From assembly GCA_963575745.1 (NCBI GenBank), contig CAUYUJ010000221.1:1-64000 (forward strand): 64,000 bases of DNA, read 5' to 3'. A program made the translations under genes and the position numbers. Each line of letters begins with the position of its first letter. Positions within the stretch are counted from its first letter, which is position 1. The DNA is from Prorocentrum cordatum. Taxonomy: Eukaryota. This document shows positions 37,525 to 51,790 of the stretch, in pieces. The notes under the pieces are model-generated. The model was not told the origin of the DNA and did not search any database. It worked only from the letters and a program-made list of their open reading frames with translations.

Positions 37525-37596
37525 GCCGATGGCGCCCGCGTCTGCGTGGCCGCGGGGCTGGCCGCAATCATGGACGCTCTGATGCGCCGCCCGATG
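37525..37596 (+). CDS. Host gene exon C (ADGARVCVAAGLAAIMDALMRRPM)
   Basis: GAG|G acceptor; putative ATG|GA donor, so the 3' end is less certain. Confidence 0.7.
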
Positions 37597-38498
37597 GACT
37601 CCAGCGGCGGCACCAGCTGCCGCGGCTGCGGCTGCCGCCTCAAGGGCGAACTGCAAACTACACATCTCGAGGGCACAAACGAGGCAACACCTTCGTTCTG
37701 TCGTTTTCGCCCTCGCGCCGACTTTTTGTTTGCCCTCCCTCGATGGTGGATCATCCGCACATCTCTCCGCCGCTATCTGGCTGCAATCTGGTAAGGGCGG
37801 GGATCACCTGGGAGGGGGATAAGGGCGCAGGGCTGGGGTGGACGGGCGGGGGGGGGGGCTTGTTGCTGTCTTGCCCCTCCGTATGCCTCTCGGGGGGAGC
37901 CCTGGTCGACATGGCTGGACTCGCCCCGAGCCCTGGTCAGAACACGTTCCTGCAGAGGCCTGGTGGGAGGGGGAGCAGAAGAAGGAGGGGGAGCAGGGGG
38001 AGAAGAAGGAAGAGGAGGAGGAGGAGGAGGAGGAGGAGGAGGAGGAGGAGGAGTAGTAGTAGGAGGAGGAGGAGGAGGAGGAGGAGGAAGAGGAGGAGGA
38101 GGTGGAGGAGGAGGAGGATCAGGAGGAATAGGAGTAGCAGGAGGACCAGTGCAAACCCAAAACTCATCAACGATGTTGAAATACGACCTCCCTCCAATCT
38201 TCCTCTTCGTGGGCCCCTACAAAGGGTTATTTCCACTGAGGGAACGAGTGTGTAACCATCTTGAAACGTGCCAGAACACAATTCTCAGGAATTCAACGCC
38301 ACGAGTTCACCTGACTGTCACGCCTTGGCGATCCCGAATAGTGCAAGAGTGCCATTCCTGGAACTTCAACACCGCGAATCAACGTAGCTGTTGCGCTCTG
38401 GCAATCTCGAATCGTTCCGAAACGCTATTTCTGGTACGTTAGCCGCGAAGACCATTGAAACTCTTGTAACGGTTTAAACCCATGTGCGTGGTGTTAAG

Positions 38499-39120
38499 GC
38501 GAGAGCCACATTTTGAAAACTACCCGCCCTCAATCCGTGAAGCTCTTCCACATGTTCAAAACGAAGGTGCGCAGCGCTGATGCGAGAGCCACATTTTGAA
38601 AACTACCCGCCCTCAATCGGATAACCTCATATTTTTTTTAACGAATTCGCGCGGCGCTAAGGCGACAGCCACATTTCGAAAACCACGCAGCTTCAATCCG
38701 TGAAACTCTTGTTGCGGTTTGAGGCGAATGTGCGCGTCGCTGAAGCGAGAGCCACATTTTGAAAACCACCCGCCCTCAATCCGTGAAGCTCCTGCAACTA
38801 GCTGTTCAAGACGATTGTGCGCGGCGCTAATGCGAGAGCCACATTTCGAAAACAGCCCGCCTCAATCCGTGAAGCTCTTCCATTTTGTTCAAAACGATAG
38901 TGCGCGGCACTTAAGCGAGAGCCATATTTCGAAAACCACCCGCCCTCAAGCCGTAAACTCGTCTACATGTTTCAACGATTGTGCACGGCGCCAACGCGAG
39001 AGCCACATTCTGAAAACGAGCCGCCCTCAATCCGTGAAGCTCTTCCACTTTTCAAAACGATGGTGCGCGGCACTTGGGCGAGAGCCATATTTGAAAACCA
39101 CCCGCCCTCAATCCGTGCAA
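38499..39120 (+). repeat. ~83-bp tandem repeat, 8 units
   Basis: GCGAGAGCCACATTTTGAAAACCACCCGCCCTCAATCCGTGAAGCTC-like heads at 38499, 38582, 38662, 38745, 38832, 38915, 38996 and 39078; a related block lies at about 58060-58520. Confidence 0.9.
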
Positions 39121-39742
39121 GTATTGCCAATGCTGAAGCATCAGGGTCATGAGTGGTGATGTAGTCCCAGGCGAAACGCCCGGCCCGCCCTTTCGACCAG
39201 CCTCGGGTTGCGACGGGGAGGAGCTATACCCAAGGAGAAGGAATGGAGGAGGGAGAGGAAGAGGAGGAGGAGGAGGAGGAGGAGGAGGAGGAGGAGGAGG
39301 AGGAGGAGGAGGAGGAGGAGGAGGAGGAGGAGGAGGAGGGGAGGAGGAGGAGGAGGAGGAGGAGGAGGAGAGGAGCAGGAGGAGGAGGAGGAGGAGAGGA
39401 GGAGGGGGAGGAGGAGGAGGAGGAGGAGGAGGGAGGAGGAGGAGGAGGAGGAGGAGGGGAGGAGGAGGAACGAGGACGCGGACGAGGATGAGGACAAGGA
39501 GGATTTCCGTCCCTCCTCCATCCTGCTCCCTCTCCTCCTCTCAGAAGCCTCCCGTCTTTCAAAGACCTCCGAGCGACTCCGAGCATCTCATGCGCAGGCC
39601 TCCCGAGGGCCTCCAGGAAGACCCCGAGAACTCCTGGAGGCACCCCGAGAACCTCCCGAAACCTCCGAACGCCCTCCCCCCCATTCTCGCCAGGTGTGGC
39701 CAGGTGGTCGACGTTCGTCGCCCTCGCCGCCGCCGCCGCCCT

Positions 39743-39892
<150 letters not shown>

Positions 39893-39918
39893 CATCGAGG
39901 GCCCCCCAGTTGCGCGAG

Positions 39919-40050
39919 GACTTCCTGTCGCTGCGGCGGCGGCACGGCGGGAGACGGCGGGACACCGCCTCCCTGCTGCCGCTGCACTATAGCGGAGAGG
40001 CGGACGGGCCCACGAAGCCCTTCGGCCTTGACCCGGGCGTCTTCCGCGAG
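39919..40050 (+). CDS. Host gene exon D (DFLSLRRRHGGRRRDTASLLPLHYSGEADGPTKPFGLDPGVFRE)
   Basis: GAG|G acceptor and GAG|GA donor; phase 0/0. Confidence 0.75.
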
Positions 40051-43000
40051 GAGCGCTGCGGGCTGGCGGAGGAGGAGGAGGAGGAGGAGGAGGGGGAGGA
40101 GGAGGAGGAGGACGAGGAGGAGGGGGAGGAGGAGGAGGTGGAGGGCAGGAGGAGGAGGAGGAGGAGGAGGAGGAGGAGGAGGAGGAGGAGGAGGAGGAGG
40201 GGAGGAGGAGGGGGAGGATGAGGAGAGAGGAGGAGCAGGAGGAGGCGGAGAGGAGGAGGAGGGAGGGGAGGAGGAAGGAGAAGGGCTCCCGGCCGCCTCG
40301 CGTTGATGGCCCGCCGAGCGGCTCCTGGCCGCGGGGAGGGGGCGTTCCGCGGGTCGGGCGTTGTTAGGATGCACGCCCGCGACGCTGGGAACCCGCGCCG
40401 CGCGGTCAGGCCGGGCGGGCGTCCCAGACGGGCCTCCTGCAGGGCGGATTAGGAAAAGGAAGATGAGGATGAGGATGATGATGATGAGGATGAGGAGGAG
40501 GAGGAGGAGGAGGAGGAGGGAGGAGGAGGAGGAGGAGGAGGAGGAGGAGGAGGAGGAGGAGGTGGAGGAGGAGGTGGAGGAGGAGGAGGGGAGGAGGAGG
40601 AGGAGGAGGAGGGGAGAGGAGGAGGAGGGAGGAGGAGGAGGAGGAGGAGAAGAAGACGAGGGAGGTGGCAGGGGGAGGAGAGCGAGGGATGAGGGGGGCC
40701 CCGTCGAGGAAGTGGGAGTGGGTCAAGGCAGGGCCATCCGAAGCAGTTGAGCCCCACCCCCGCGAACGAAGGGCGGGGAGGAGGGGGTGGAGGGGGGACG
40801 AAAGGGGGGCCACTATCACTCGTCGTTATCCTCCTTCTCCTCCTCCTCCTCCTCCTCCTCCTCCTCCTCCTCCCTCCTCTTCCTCCTCTTCTTCCTCCTC
40901 CTCGTCCTCCGATATCGGTCGGGCTCGGCCATGCTTGTGCATGATGAGCGTCGCTTCCGCAAGGTCGACGTGCACACTGTAACACATTTCAGTATGAACA
41001 CTGTGGCGGGCTTGTTCTGGCCATGCCGCTTGGATGGGGGCATCTTGCAGGATGTCTTTACTATGCGTTCCCGTCGGATTTGTGCCTCCAGTGGGGGCGC
41101 CCAGTGCTAGTATGCCCCTCTGCGCCCCACCTCGCCTCTGGGCCAGGAGTGCCGTGGAGAGCAGGACCACTCGGGGCACTCTGCAACCGCGGCCGAGAAC
41201 GCGCGCCGCCTCTTTTCCTACCACTTAAGGCTGGCGATGTGCGTCGGAAATGCCCTCCTCTTCCTCCTCCTCCTCCTCCTCCTCCTCCTCTTCCTCCTCA
41301 TTCTCTCCTTCGGAGGAGGGGCATGATTAGGAGGAGGGGGGCTGCCGATATCTCGCTTGGCCCCCCGCTGAGGGGAGGCAAGCTTGGGAGAACTCTTTGG
41401 TCCCGCCTTTGGGCGCGCTCTTGGTTGTGTGTGTTGTGTCGAGGGGGCTTCGGGGCTCACGCCTTTTCACAGGGGCGACTGGTCCACACGAGATCTAGGC
41501 CGAGCGCTCTGCAGATTGGAGCGAGGGCCAGTTGGGGTCTGCGCGGGCCCAAGGAGTCCTGTCCGAGTCAGTGCAGAAGTTGGCAGTCCGTTCTGAGTAC
41601 AAGGCTGGCGCGACCGTGCATCTGACAACTCGTGGTCGCAGATCGTGAAGGTAACCATTCATTCCTGGGTCATGTGTATAGGGCTCTCCGCTGACGCGCC
41701 CTCGTTCTTGGTGCTTGAAAGAGTGGTTCAAGCACGGCCCAAACTACGCGCGTTGCTTTTGCTGAAGACGTGCGCGCGAAGTGCGAAGTAACCAGGTGCA
41801 ACGCAATGGGCCGCCATGCGACTCAGTTCATACATCACGTATACTGCAGTTCCCACAGCATTTTCAATGATCCCTTGCGGTGGCGGTTTTTGAGCGTCTT
41901 GCGATCAGCAGGCTTTTTGGCGCGAGCATGCGTAGACCCTCGAAGGTGATACTTGTTTAGTGGTCCCCGGGCCATCAGTCTCCTGACCGCCCGCTGTTTC
42001 TTTCTTATGTGGTGGTGTGTTCCAGCGGGGTGCCGTCTTGCCTCGCCACCTCTCCTGTCTGCTTACGGAAGCATAAGGGAAAGCACAAACGGCCAGTGGG
42101 CCGCGCGAGCAGTTCAAATTTGCGACAACACAGGGTGGACATTTTGATATATTGCAAGCCAGCTGGACACAGAACTGTTCGGGTGGACCAGACTGGGCGT
42201 TCTCTGTGAAGAAGACAAGAAAGAGATGGGACGCGCCGGATGATGATTTCACAGTCCGAATGTGATTTCGGGCGTCGCCCAAACTTGCTTCCTGCGAGGT
42301 GGACTTGGACTGGAGTGATCGCGCCCGTTCGGCGGCTGTTTTGCTTTCAGCCGCCTGACGCGCAGCCTATAGCGTAACCGTTCAGTACCCGTTCGATGCT
42401 GGGCGGCCGAGCGGACAACCTACGGGCCGACCACTCGCGGATCGCTTTCCGCTCGGCGTTTTTTTGGGCCGTCGCATACGCAACTTATCGCGCAACAAAA
42501 AAGGACGCCGATAGATTCTCTTGGGCCGAGCGCGCAACCTCTGGCGCAACCAAGGAGCAGGTCGTTTTCGTCTCGGCGGCCAGGGGAGCAGCGTATGGCG
42601 CACACAGTAGGCTATGTGGTGCAGTATGCATGGGCGTAATGGCGGTGCAACATAGAGGCGGCGACGAGGCGGCAACGGGCGGCAACGTGGCGAAACCTCG
42701 CTGGACCCATCCAATTGCTTAGGAACCGAAGCAAGGGCCTCCGAGCGCCAGCTCTACTTGGGGGGGATGAAGTACCCCAGCAAAAATATTTTTATAGCAG
42801 CAAGAGTTTTTGAGGCGGGTGGATGAGGAGAAGAAGGAGGAGGAGGTCGAGACACGACTTTGTGCATTCTAGTGTATGTTGACAAAAAGGATTGTGGCCG
42901 TCTGGGACAAACATGTAGCCGGCCGGAATCAAGGAAAGTGTGAGGATGTCTCAGGCGAAAAGGTTGCCGGACCAGGCGGTCTGGGGCTCCCCAGTCCCCC

Positions 43001-43691
43001 TTGCAGGAATCTTCTGTGGTCTTCTTCTACCATGGTGAGACCCTGCAGCAAGACGCTGTTAGGGAACAGTCTGCGCGATTCTTCGAGTCGCCAGTGATCT
43101 GGGTGCACATTTTCCTGCGCCTTCCGTTCTCCTCGACCCCCTCCCTAGCCTGCGTGAGAGTGTACCCTCCACCCCTCGCCCTTATCATGTGGCAACATTG
43201 CCTGAAATTGCCCCTTGCCGCCACGGTCCAGCATCTGATTAACAAACGTCCTCCCGAAAAGCTAGGCCAGCGTTTATTCACCAACTTTCCAAAAAGCTGG
43301 CCCAGCTTCTCAAGCACATTTGCCCTTGCCGCATGAATTGGAAACATTGGCCCAGGTGCGCTCAGGAACTTCCAGGAACCTGGCCCAGGCCGATCAAATT
43401 ATGATTTTATGAATCATCTCTTCGGCTGTATTAGAACCCTCTGGCGAAACGCTACCAGGGAAAAAGGACACCGCTTCCGCAGGCGGTGGTCAGGCCGGCC
43501 TCGAATCGAGATAAATCGTTTCAGAGCGTCCCAGCACGCTCTGGTGGCCTGACGGGGCTAGGACGAGAAAAAAACCTGTTCCAGAGCGTTCCGCAACGCT
43601 CTCGGAGCCTTCCAGAGCGCTCTGAATCGGCCGCGGCGCCCGAGACAGCGTCCGAGCCCTGCGATTTTCAGAGACTTTCGATTCCTATCGT

Positions 43692-43768
43692 TAAGTCGGC
43701 ATGCCCCTCTACAGGAGGAATATTCGAAAGTAGTGAAACATGCTCTGGGGATGATTTTTGATTATGAT

Positions 43769-43804
<36 letters not shown>

Positions 43805-44085
43805 TATATACATATGAATACCGCCCCCCCTGGGCCCCGGGTGAAACACCTCCCCGTGACATCTCGGGAACGTTCCCGGTACCGCTCCCCCGGGCGTTCC
43901 GGGGAGGCTCTACAGCGCTCCAGGAGGGCCCAAGACGACTCCCAGGAGCCCCCAGAATGTGAAAGGATGGTCCAAGACGCTCCCAAGCAGCCCAAGTCAG
44001 CCTTCGACGGTTCTCGAGGCTCCCAGGTAACCTCCAAGAGACCCCAAGAAAGGTCCGAGAGGCGTCATATACACATATCTGCATA

Positions 44086-44124
<39 letters not shown>

Positions 44125-44352
44125 GCACCTGTTTGTATGTATGTCTGTCTGTATGTACGAATGCATGTATGTATGTATGTATGTATGTATGTAGGTAGGT
44201 AGGTAGGTAGGTAGGTAGGTAGGTAGGTAGGTAGGTGGGTAGGAAGGTAGGTAGGTATGTAGGTATGTAGGGATGTGTCTATATATATATATATATATGA
44301 CTCCCCTTTCTTTTCGTCCCAAATCCGCCTGTAGGGGGTTATGCCCGACCCA
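43692..44352 (+). mobile_element. MITE family 1, copy 4, expanded by nested (TA)n/(TAGG)n runs and a ~250-bp insert
   Basis: Left TIR TAAGTCGGCATGCCCCTCTACAGG and right TIR CCTGTAGGGGGTTATGCCCGACCCA lie 660 bp apart. Confidence 0.7.
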
Positions 44353-44491
44353 ACCCTATTGGTCCGTTTTTGTTGTTGTCTCGATTCTGCCTTCGTCTCA
44401 GGTGGACGTGGACCTCTCCGTGTTCCGCGTCCGCGCCAGCCCTCCGCCCCGCCCCGCCCCGCGCGCGGGGCGCGCGCGCGGCGCGTGGCAG

Positions 44492-44551
44492 GCCTCCGAG
44501 GCGCTACTGCTCGTGGCGCCAGAGTACGCCGTGCTGCGCACGCTGGTGCTG
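44492..44551 (+). CDS. Host gene exon E (ASEALLLVAPEYAVLRTLVL)
   Basis: CAG|G acceptor and CTG|GA donor; phase 0/0. Confidence 0.75.
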
Positions 44552-44649
44552 GACCGCCCCGGGGCCTCCTGCCTCCCGCCAGGAGGAGGGGAGGAGGAGG
44601 AGGAAAAGTTGGAGGAGGAGGAGGAGCAGGAGGAGGAGGAGGAGAAGGA

Positions 44650-46012
<1,363 letters not shown>

Positions 46013-46324
46013 CGAGGAGGAGGAGGAGGAGAGGGAGGAGGAGGAGGAGGAGGCGGCAGAGCAGGAGCAGGAGCAGGAGTATGAGAGGAGGAGGAGGAGG
46101 AGGAGGAGGAGGAGGAGGAGGAGGGGGAGGTGGAGGATGAGGAGAAGCAGAAGGAGGGCGTTGGTGCTGGCCCGCCCTCTTGTACCGATACCGCCGTATC
46201 TGCGTGGTTTTCGCCTCCTTGGGGCCTCTTGGGAGGCCCTCGTCGCCACGGCTAGATTCGCCTCGCGATGCTGGCCAGAACGTACCCTGGGGGGAGGCCC
46301 TTGGAGTAGCGGCGTCGGTAGGTT

Positions 46325-46520
46325 CGGAACGATCGAAATCGGTACGGAGAAAATGGGTACGACGACTAACAGACTTTCCGGTTCATGTTCAACCAGACTC
46401 GCTGTCCGTTTGAGACAGAAGGCCGCCTGCCCAACAGCGGCCGCTGCTGGTTTGGGGCGACATCTGTTGTTGGGCATAGTCTCCATTTTTCCCATACCCA
46501 GTTTCGTCGGGCGTCCAAAC
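46325..46520 (+). mobile_element. MITE-like family 8 (second copy about 61381-61567)
   Basis: Shared GCCG.CTGCCCAACA.CGGCCG.TG.TGGTTTGG and CCATTTTTCCC.TAC; the ends are imperfectly inverted. Confidence 0.6.
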
Positions 46521-48026
46521 AGGTGGGGCTATGCCCCGCGACACCCGGGGCGAGGGTTCACAGGCCCCTCCCCCCAGATGGGAGTGGCCACGGGGCTTCT
46601 CGCCTCCCCTTGTGGAGTGGGGGGTGCCGTCGAGACAACTAACCGCGCCCAGGGGAGTCATGGAGCTCGGCAGCGACGGCCGAGCAACCTCAGGGCCTGG
46701 AAGAGGGCCCGCTCAACACTTGAGCAGGCGTAGCAGAAGCAGGCCGAGCGAGATGTGTGGTCACTCATGCTCCTCGTCCTTGTCATCCTCCTCCTGCTCT
46801 TCCAAGCCGTCGGGCTTGCGGTCCGCCTGCCAAATCGTGGGCAGCAGGCCGCTCTTCTCCGCCCTGACCTGCGACGAGCTGCAGTACTGATAGCAGTACC
46901 CCCTTCTCTTCTCCTCTTTACCCGTCCCTTCTCCTTATTGCCCATTCTCTCTCTTCTCCTCTGTCCTCCTCCTCTCCTCTCCTTCCTCCCTTTCCCCCGC
47001 TGGCATGCCGTTGCGCGCTCTTGAAGTATACAAGTGACCGCTTGGGGCGCAGGGAATATCCGCACAATGTTCATTCCCATTCTCCTCCTCCTTGCATCCT
47101 CCTCCTTCCTGCTCGTGCCGACTTCGTCTCACAGTGTTAGTGGCATTGCGACTTGATTAGCAATGCGGGCCGCTGGGTGTGATGTGCGTTGCCTGCTGGA
47201 AGAAATGAAACAGCAACTAGCTGCAGTACAGGCAGGACAGGCGCGGGAAGGCGGGTATAATGGGTAGGTCGGGAGACTCCTGCTTCGAACGCTCTGCCTC
47301 CTCCTCCTCCTCCTTCTCCGTGTCGCCCTCCCTCTGCCCCAGTGAACATGATGCTCTCGCCCTCGCGCGCTTCGCCTCAGCAAGGTTGCGCCTCAGCGTG
47401 AGACGGGGGATCACGTAACGGTCGTCGTGTCGCATGATGCGCGATCCCAAATCACATTTTTTTTCTTCTTGCCCCCCCCCCATCCACCACCTCCTCCTCT
47501 CTCTCTTCTCCTTCCGCCTCCGCCTCCTCCATCTCGCCCCCATCCCCTTCTCCTCTTTTTCGTGGCCGCGAACCCGGAACGATGCAGAGGCTTGGAACAT
47601 GGCCCTTGCGCAAGGATGGCACGCACAATCGGGACGTGTGTAGGTTTAGCGGCAGTGGATGGTCACACCTCCTCTTCTTCCTTCTCCTCCTCCTCCTCCT
47701 CCTCCTTCCTCTTCGTCCCTCTCCTCCCGTTTTTCTTTCTCCTCCTCCTCCTCCGCCTCCTCCTCCTCCTCCCCTCCTCCTCCTCCTCCTCCTCCTCCTC
47801 CTCCTCCTCCTCCTCCTCCTCCTCCTCCTCCTCCTCCTCCTCCTCCTCCCCCTCCTCCTCCTCCTCCTGCTCCTCCTCCTCATCCTCCTGCCCCTCCTTC
47901 ACCTCCTCCTCCTGCCCCTCCTCCTCCTTCTCCTCCTATCTTCCTCCTCCTCACTCATGTCCTCGCCCCCCTTGTCCTCCTTCTTCCCCCCCTGTCGTCC
48001 TGGCCCTCCTCCTTCGCCCCTGCCAG

Positions 48027-48108
48027 GACTACTTCTACAGCATCCGGGGTAGGATCGACGACGACCACGTCATCTTCCACTTCGACAAGTCCATGGCGTG
48101 CTCGGAAG
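48027..48108 (+). CDS. Host gene exon F (DYFYSIRGRIDDDHVIFHFDKSMACSE-G)
   Basis: CAG|G acceptor after (CCT)n; AAG|GC donor, phase 1, matching exon G. Confidence 0.8.
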
Positions 48109-49029
48109 GCGGAGCTGCTCCGTCCCCTGTCCTCGAAGAGGAAGCAACGGCATGAACGCTGATTCGCGAAGGTGAAGCAGCGTTAGCTCTGCGTGCCACC
48201 CCCACTTCTGTATCTCCCTCGGAGGCTGATAGACCTCCTACCCCGACACGTCGATTAGCGAATTGGCCGTTTTCGGTTCGCGAGAGGACGTCACGGCCGT
48301 CATTTTTGCGGGTCCAGCTCCGTCGGTTTCGGTCCCAGGCCGTTTTCATTAAGGGGAGGTTTACTAAAGGGAGGTTTGTCCACCGCCCGCCGAGGTCCCC
48401 CGATCGCCGAAGGCGGTGCGATGGGCGTGTCTTGCGCGCCTAGGTTCGGCCCCTCCGCGGCTCCCCGAGAGCCGCGCGCCAGATGTCATTTCTTGCCCAG
48501 GGTCACTCTTCAGGGGGGGAAGACACACACACACAGACACACTTAATCGTCGATTCCCCAGAACATATGGGAAGATATGGACAATGGGGGGGGAGACAAA
48601 AACCCAGAGCATATGGGAAGATATCGGGAATCCTGTTATTTGTGTGTATTTATTTGTGTGTCCCAGGGCCCCTTTAACTCTTTCCGTGTCTCTCCCATCC
48701 CAGCTGGTGATGTGTTGCGACGGCATTTTTGGGTCGCTGCCTCCTCCTGGGCGGAGCAGCGCTGCACAGTGCAGCATCGGCTTCATCCTCTTCTGATCGG
48801 GGCTGCGGATCTCCTTCGCGGTCTCGTTTCGTTCTGCTCGTGATGCAAGCGGCACGCGCGCGAGTTAGCAGGGCCAGCATTGAAGGGCGTTAGCAGGGCC
48901 AGCATTGAAGGGCGTGAATGTCGTTGAAGGAAAACTTTTCAACACACACACACACACACTGAGGAACCATCTCGCAGCATGGCCCCCCTCCGCCCCCTGG
49001 CCTTAATACCGAGCAAGCGTTATCAAACA

Positions 49030-51790
49030 ATCTGTGCCGAAAGAACCTGGAACCCAACATATGAAAGAGCGCTTTCCGCCCTCCATCAAAAAGGTTAACA
49101 CGACCCTGGCCGCCAACATCGAAAGCCTCCAGCGGACAAGCGCCTGCAAGACCAAGCTCGAGCTTGAACTGCAGTCCTTGAGGGGCGGCGCGATCCCAGC
49201 CGGCGTGAAGCCTGCGAATCTCGGGTTCGAGACTGCTCTCCTGGTTACGGTGACGCTCCAGGGCACGCGCTACGCCGTCCACTTCGACAGCGGGCGCACG
49301 ATCCTCGACGCCAAGCGCAAGCTCCGCACCCTCTACCTGGAGAAGTGCAGGGAGCTGGACCCGCGCGTCGTGGAGGAGCAGCGGGCGCGCCCCCGGCAAA
49401 GCACGAGGAAATACGCCTTCATCGACCGTCTGCTGGCCGAGAGGACCTCCATCGACAGCGGCTGGAACACCAGGTACTTGGACCTCTGGAGGTCGACGAC
49501 GGCCCGCACGGCAGCTCGGAGGGATCCCTGCGCGCGAAGTGCGAGGCCATCTTCGCGAAGCTCGTGGACCGAACTGCGCAGGCCAGGAGGATGGAGGAGG
49601 AGAAGCGGAAACAAGCGGAGAGCAGGAAAGTCAGGGTGGCCGAGGCCCTCCTGGAGAAGAGACCGGCCGACCACCCGAGCACTGCCCTCGGCTTGAAGCT
49701 GAGAGAGGCCCAGGGCAAGCACACATATTCATCCTTGAATGCCCCAGGCGCTACCGCCCACCCGGATGCTTACGTCCGGCAGCTCCAGAAGGGAAACAAC
49801 ATCCAGCCCAGCGACTTGGCAGACGTCATCACACAACTCCCAGGCCCCCGCTTCGAGCGGGGGCGCGGAGGCTGGCAAAGGCAAAGCCAGAGGCAAAGGC
49901 AATGCAGTCGGAAAGGGCAAGGCCGACGGCAAAGGCAAAGGCAGGCCGCACTCGACTCCTTCGTGGCCGCCTGGCACGGGCTCGACCAGAGGCAAAAGCA
50001 AGGGGGAAGCTCCACGCAAAAGCAAAGCCAAAGGCACGCGCAAAGACAAGACATGCACAGGGCGTGGCAAGACGAAAGGCAGCGGAAAAGGCTGGGGGAC
50101 CGGCTGCTGGCAGACGCGGTGGCAATCAAGTTTCTCGCCCTGTGCCGCGCGATGTCGCCCGCTGACCTCGACGTCCTGTTCGACGCAGGGCGCGGCGAAC
50201 CGGGGTGGTATATGGTATATGGCTGACTTTACCCAGGGAGTCGCCTGCGCGTCCCCTCGTTGGAGCCATCGCCTGGCCCTTGGAATTCCTGTTGAGACGG
50301 TCACATGGAAAACATGTTTGTTCTTTCACACGAGCGCAGTCCCTGAGGGACGTTGGCTCGAGTTTGCATTTTCGGGAGCACCGTCCCCGCTGGCGCATCG
50401 TAGTGTCTACTCAGAACCCTCCAGGCGCCGAAGGCCGCATCCGTGCTCGATGGCTGTCAATCTTGCCGTCGAGCATCACTGACAAAGACGGCAGTTTTGC
50501 CATTCTACCGAAGGCTGTCATCCTTGGAGGGGAACTCAAAGTTCTGGCCTTTGACATGTACTCTCGCGTAGCATGGCGCGAGCAATGCGCGGTGGAGGCG
50601 ATGTCTGAGTATTGTGAGGCCGCTCAAGGGCTTTCGCAACGACGACCTGGTGAAGGCCCTTCTGCATGATTTCCGTCCTCAGCCCACGCGGTTGTTTTCT
50701 GTGCTGGCTCCGACAGTGAAAACACGTGCAAAGTGCTTCATTGTACTTCGCGGCGCCTCATGCCCTGGCATGCGCTGGGTAGCGTGGCGGTGCAGACAGG
50801 TTCTCTACTGTATGCCGCATTTGCTCTCTCATACAGAACAGCTGCAACGGCAGCTGTCTGCGCTCGCTCTGCCCCAGGGCTGCGTGTTCTGCAAACTTGG
50901 CATCAAAAAGGTGCTTGCGTTTCAGGTGAGCACGGCCTTCTCATCGCCGACTGCACAAGGCATGTCGCTGAGGCCCGTTAGCAATTCCGAGAGTTGTTGT
51001 CCAGCGCTGTCCGCAACCAGTGTGTCTGTTTGTCGGATGATTTCGGTGCACGCCCCTACTTGTACAGAGTCTTCCGGGGCACTGGCATGGGCTTGTGCTG
51101 CAGCGGCGAAGTTTCGGATCTCGCGTTTTACAATACGGTCGAAGTTCATGTTGTGCTCCGTCCAGATTTGAAGCGCAAGTACGGCTTTGTTTTCTACGGC
51201 CGTTTTCGCAATGACATTCTGCGCGTTAGTTCTAAGCCCCACCGGCTCCACGAGATGTTACAACGCACACAGGCTCGAAGCCACTGTTTTGATCTGTTAA
51301 TCGCTTCCATCGATCCTGTTCACACGATCGCGTTGGATCTCAGTTTGTGGTTTGTGACTGAGGTGACAATGTTGTTGTGGGTTTCACATCCGTAAGGGGT
51401 GCCGCTGTGCGACTCCTCGGCGCACCCGCCGCACGTGCACGCATCGTGGCCGAAGAGCTTTGGATCCAGGATACGAGCTGCCGCGCCGCCGACTCGTGCG
51501 TGACTGCGTTCAGGGACCGTTTCTGGAAGGCATGTCCTTGCCGCGTACATGTGCGAGATTCTCCCGCGCCGTCGTTCATGGCTCTCGCCCGCCCTCGTCC
51601 GCGGGTTCCATCTAGCAGGCGAATCGTCTTATGCAGGTTTGATGGGTCTTTTGCGCGCAGTCCCAGGGCGATCAAACGTGCCCTCGATCGGTGGAGACCG
51701 GATGACCACCTCAAGCTTCCATTCACGATGTGTCCGCAAATCTCTCGGAGGCGGGGGGCGCGCCACTTGGCCCGCACCCTCGCAATCTAC
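49030..51790 (+). pseudogene. Degenerate Penelope-like retroelement (RT; no recognisable GIY-YIG)
   Basis: Frameshifted PLE-type RT motifs in order: ITDKDGSFAILPK, LFSVLAPTVKT, VFCKLGIK, YRVFRGTGMGLCCSGEVSDLAF (about 51060-51130), FYGRFRNDIL (about 51192-51221, DD appears as ND), ALDLSL, and thumb GVPLCDSSAHPPHVHASWP (about 51396-51452). Confidence 0.7.

Noticed and set aside
38499..39120. CRISPR-like alternation of a conserved ~47-bp block and a variable ~35-bp block
   Set aside because: The variable parts are homologous to each other, the repeats are degenerate, there are no cas genes and the context is eukaryotic: an ordinary tandem repeat.
44402..44440. Exon-like CAG|GTGGACGTGGACCTCTCCGTGTTCCGC (VDVDLSVFRVRA)
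   Set aside because: Exons D and E already join sensibly and no clear donor was found; it cannot be supported without RNA data.
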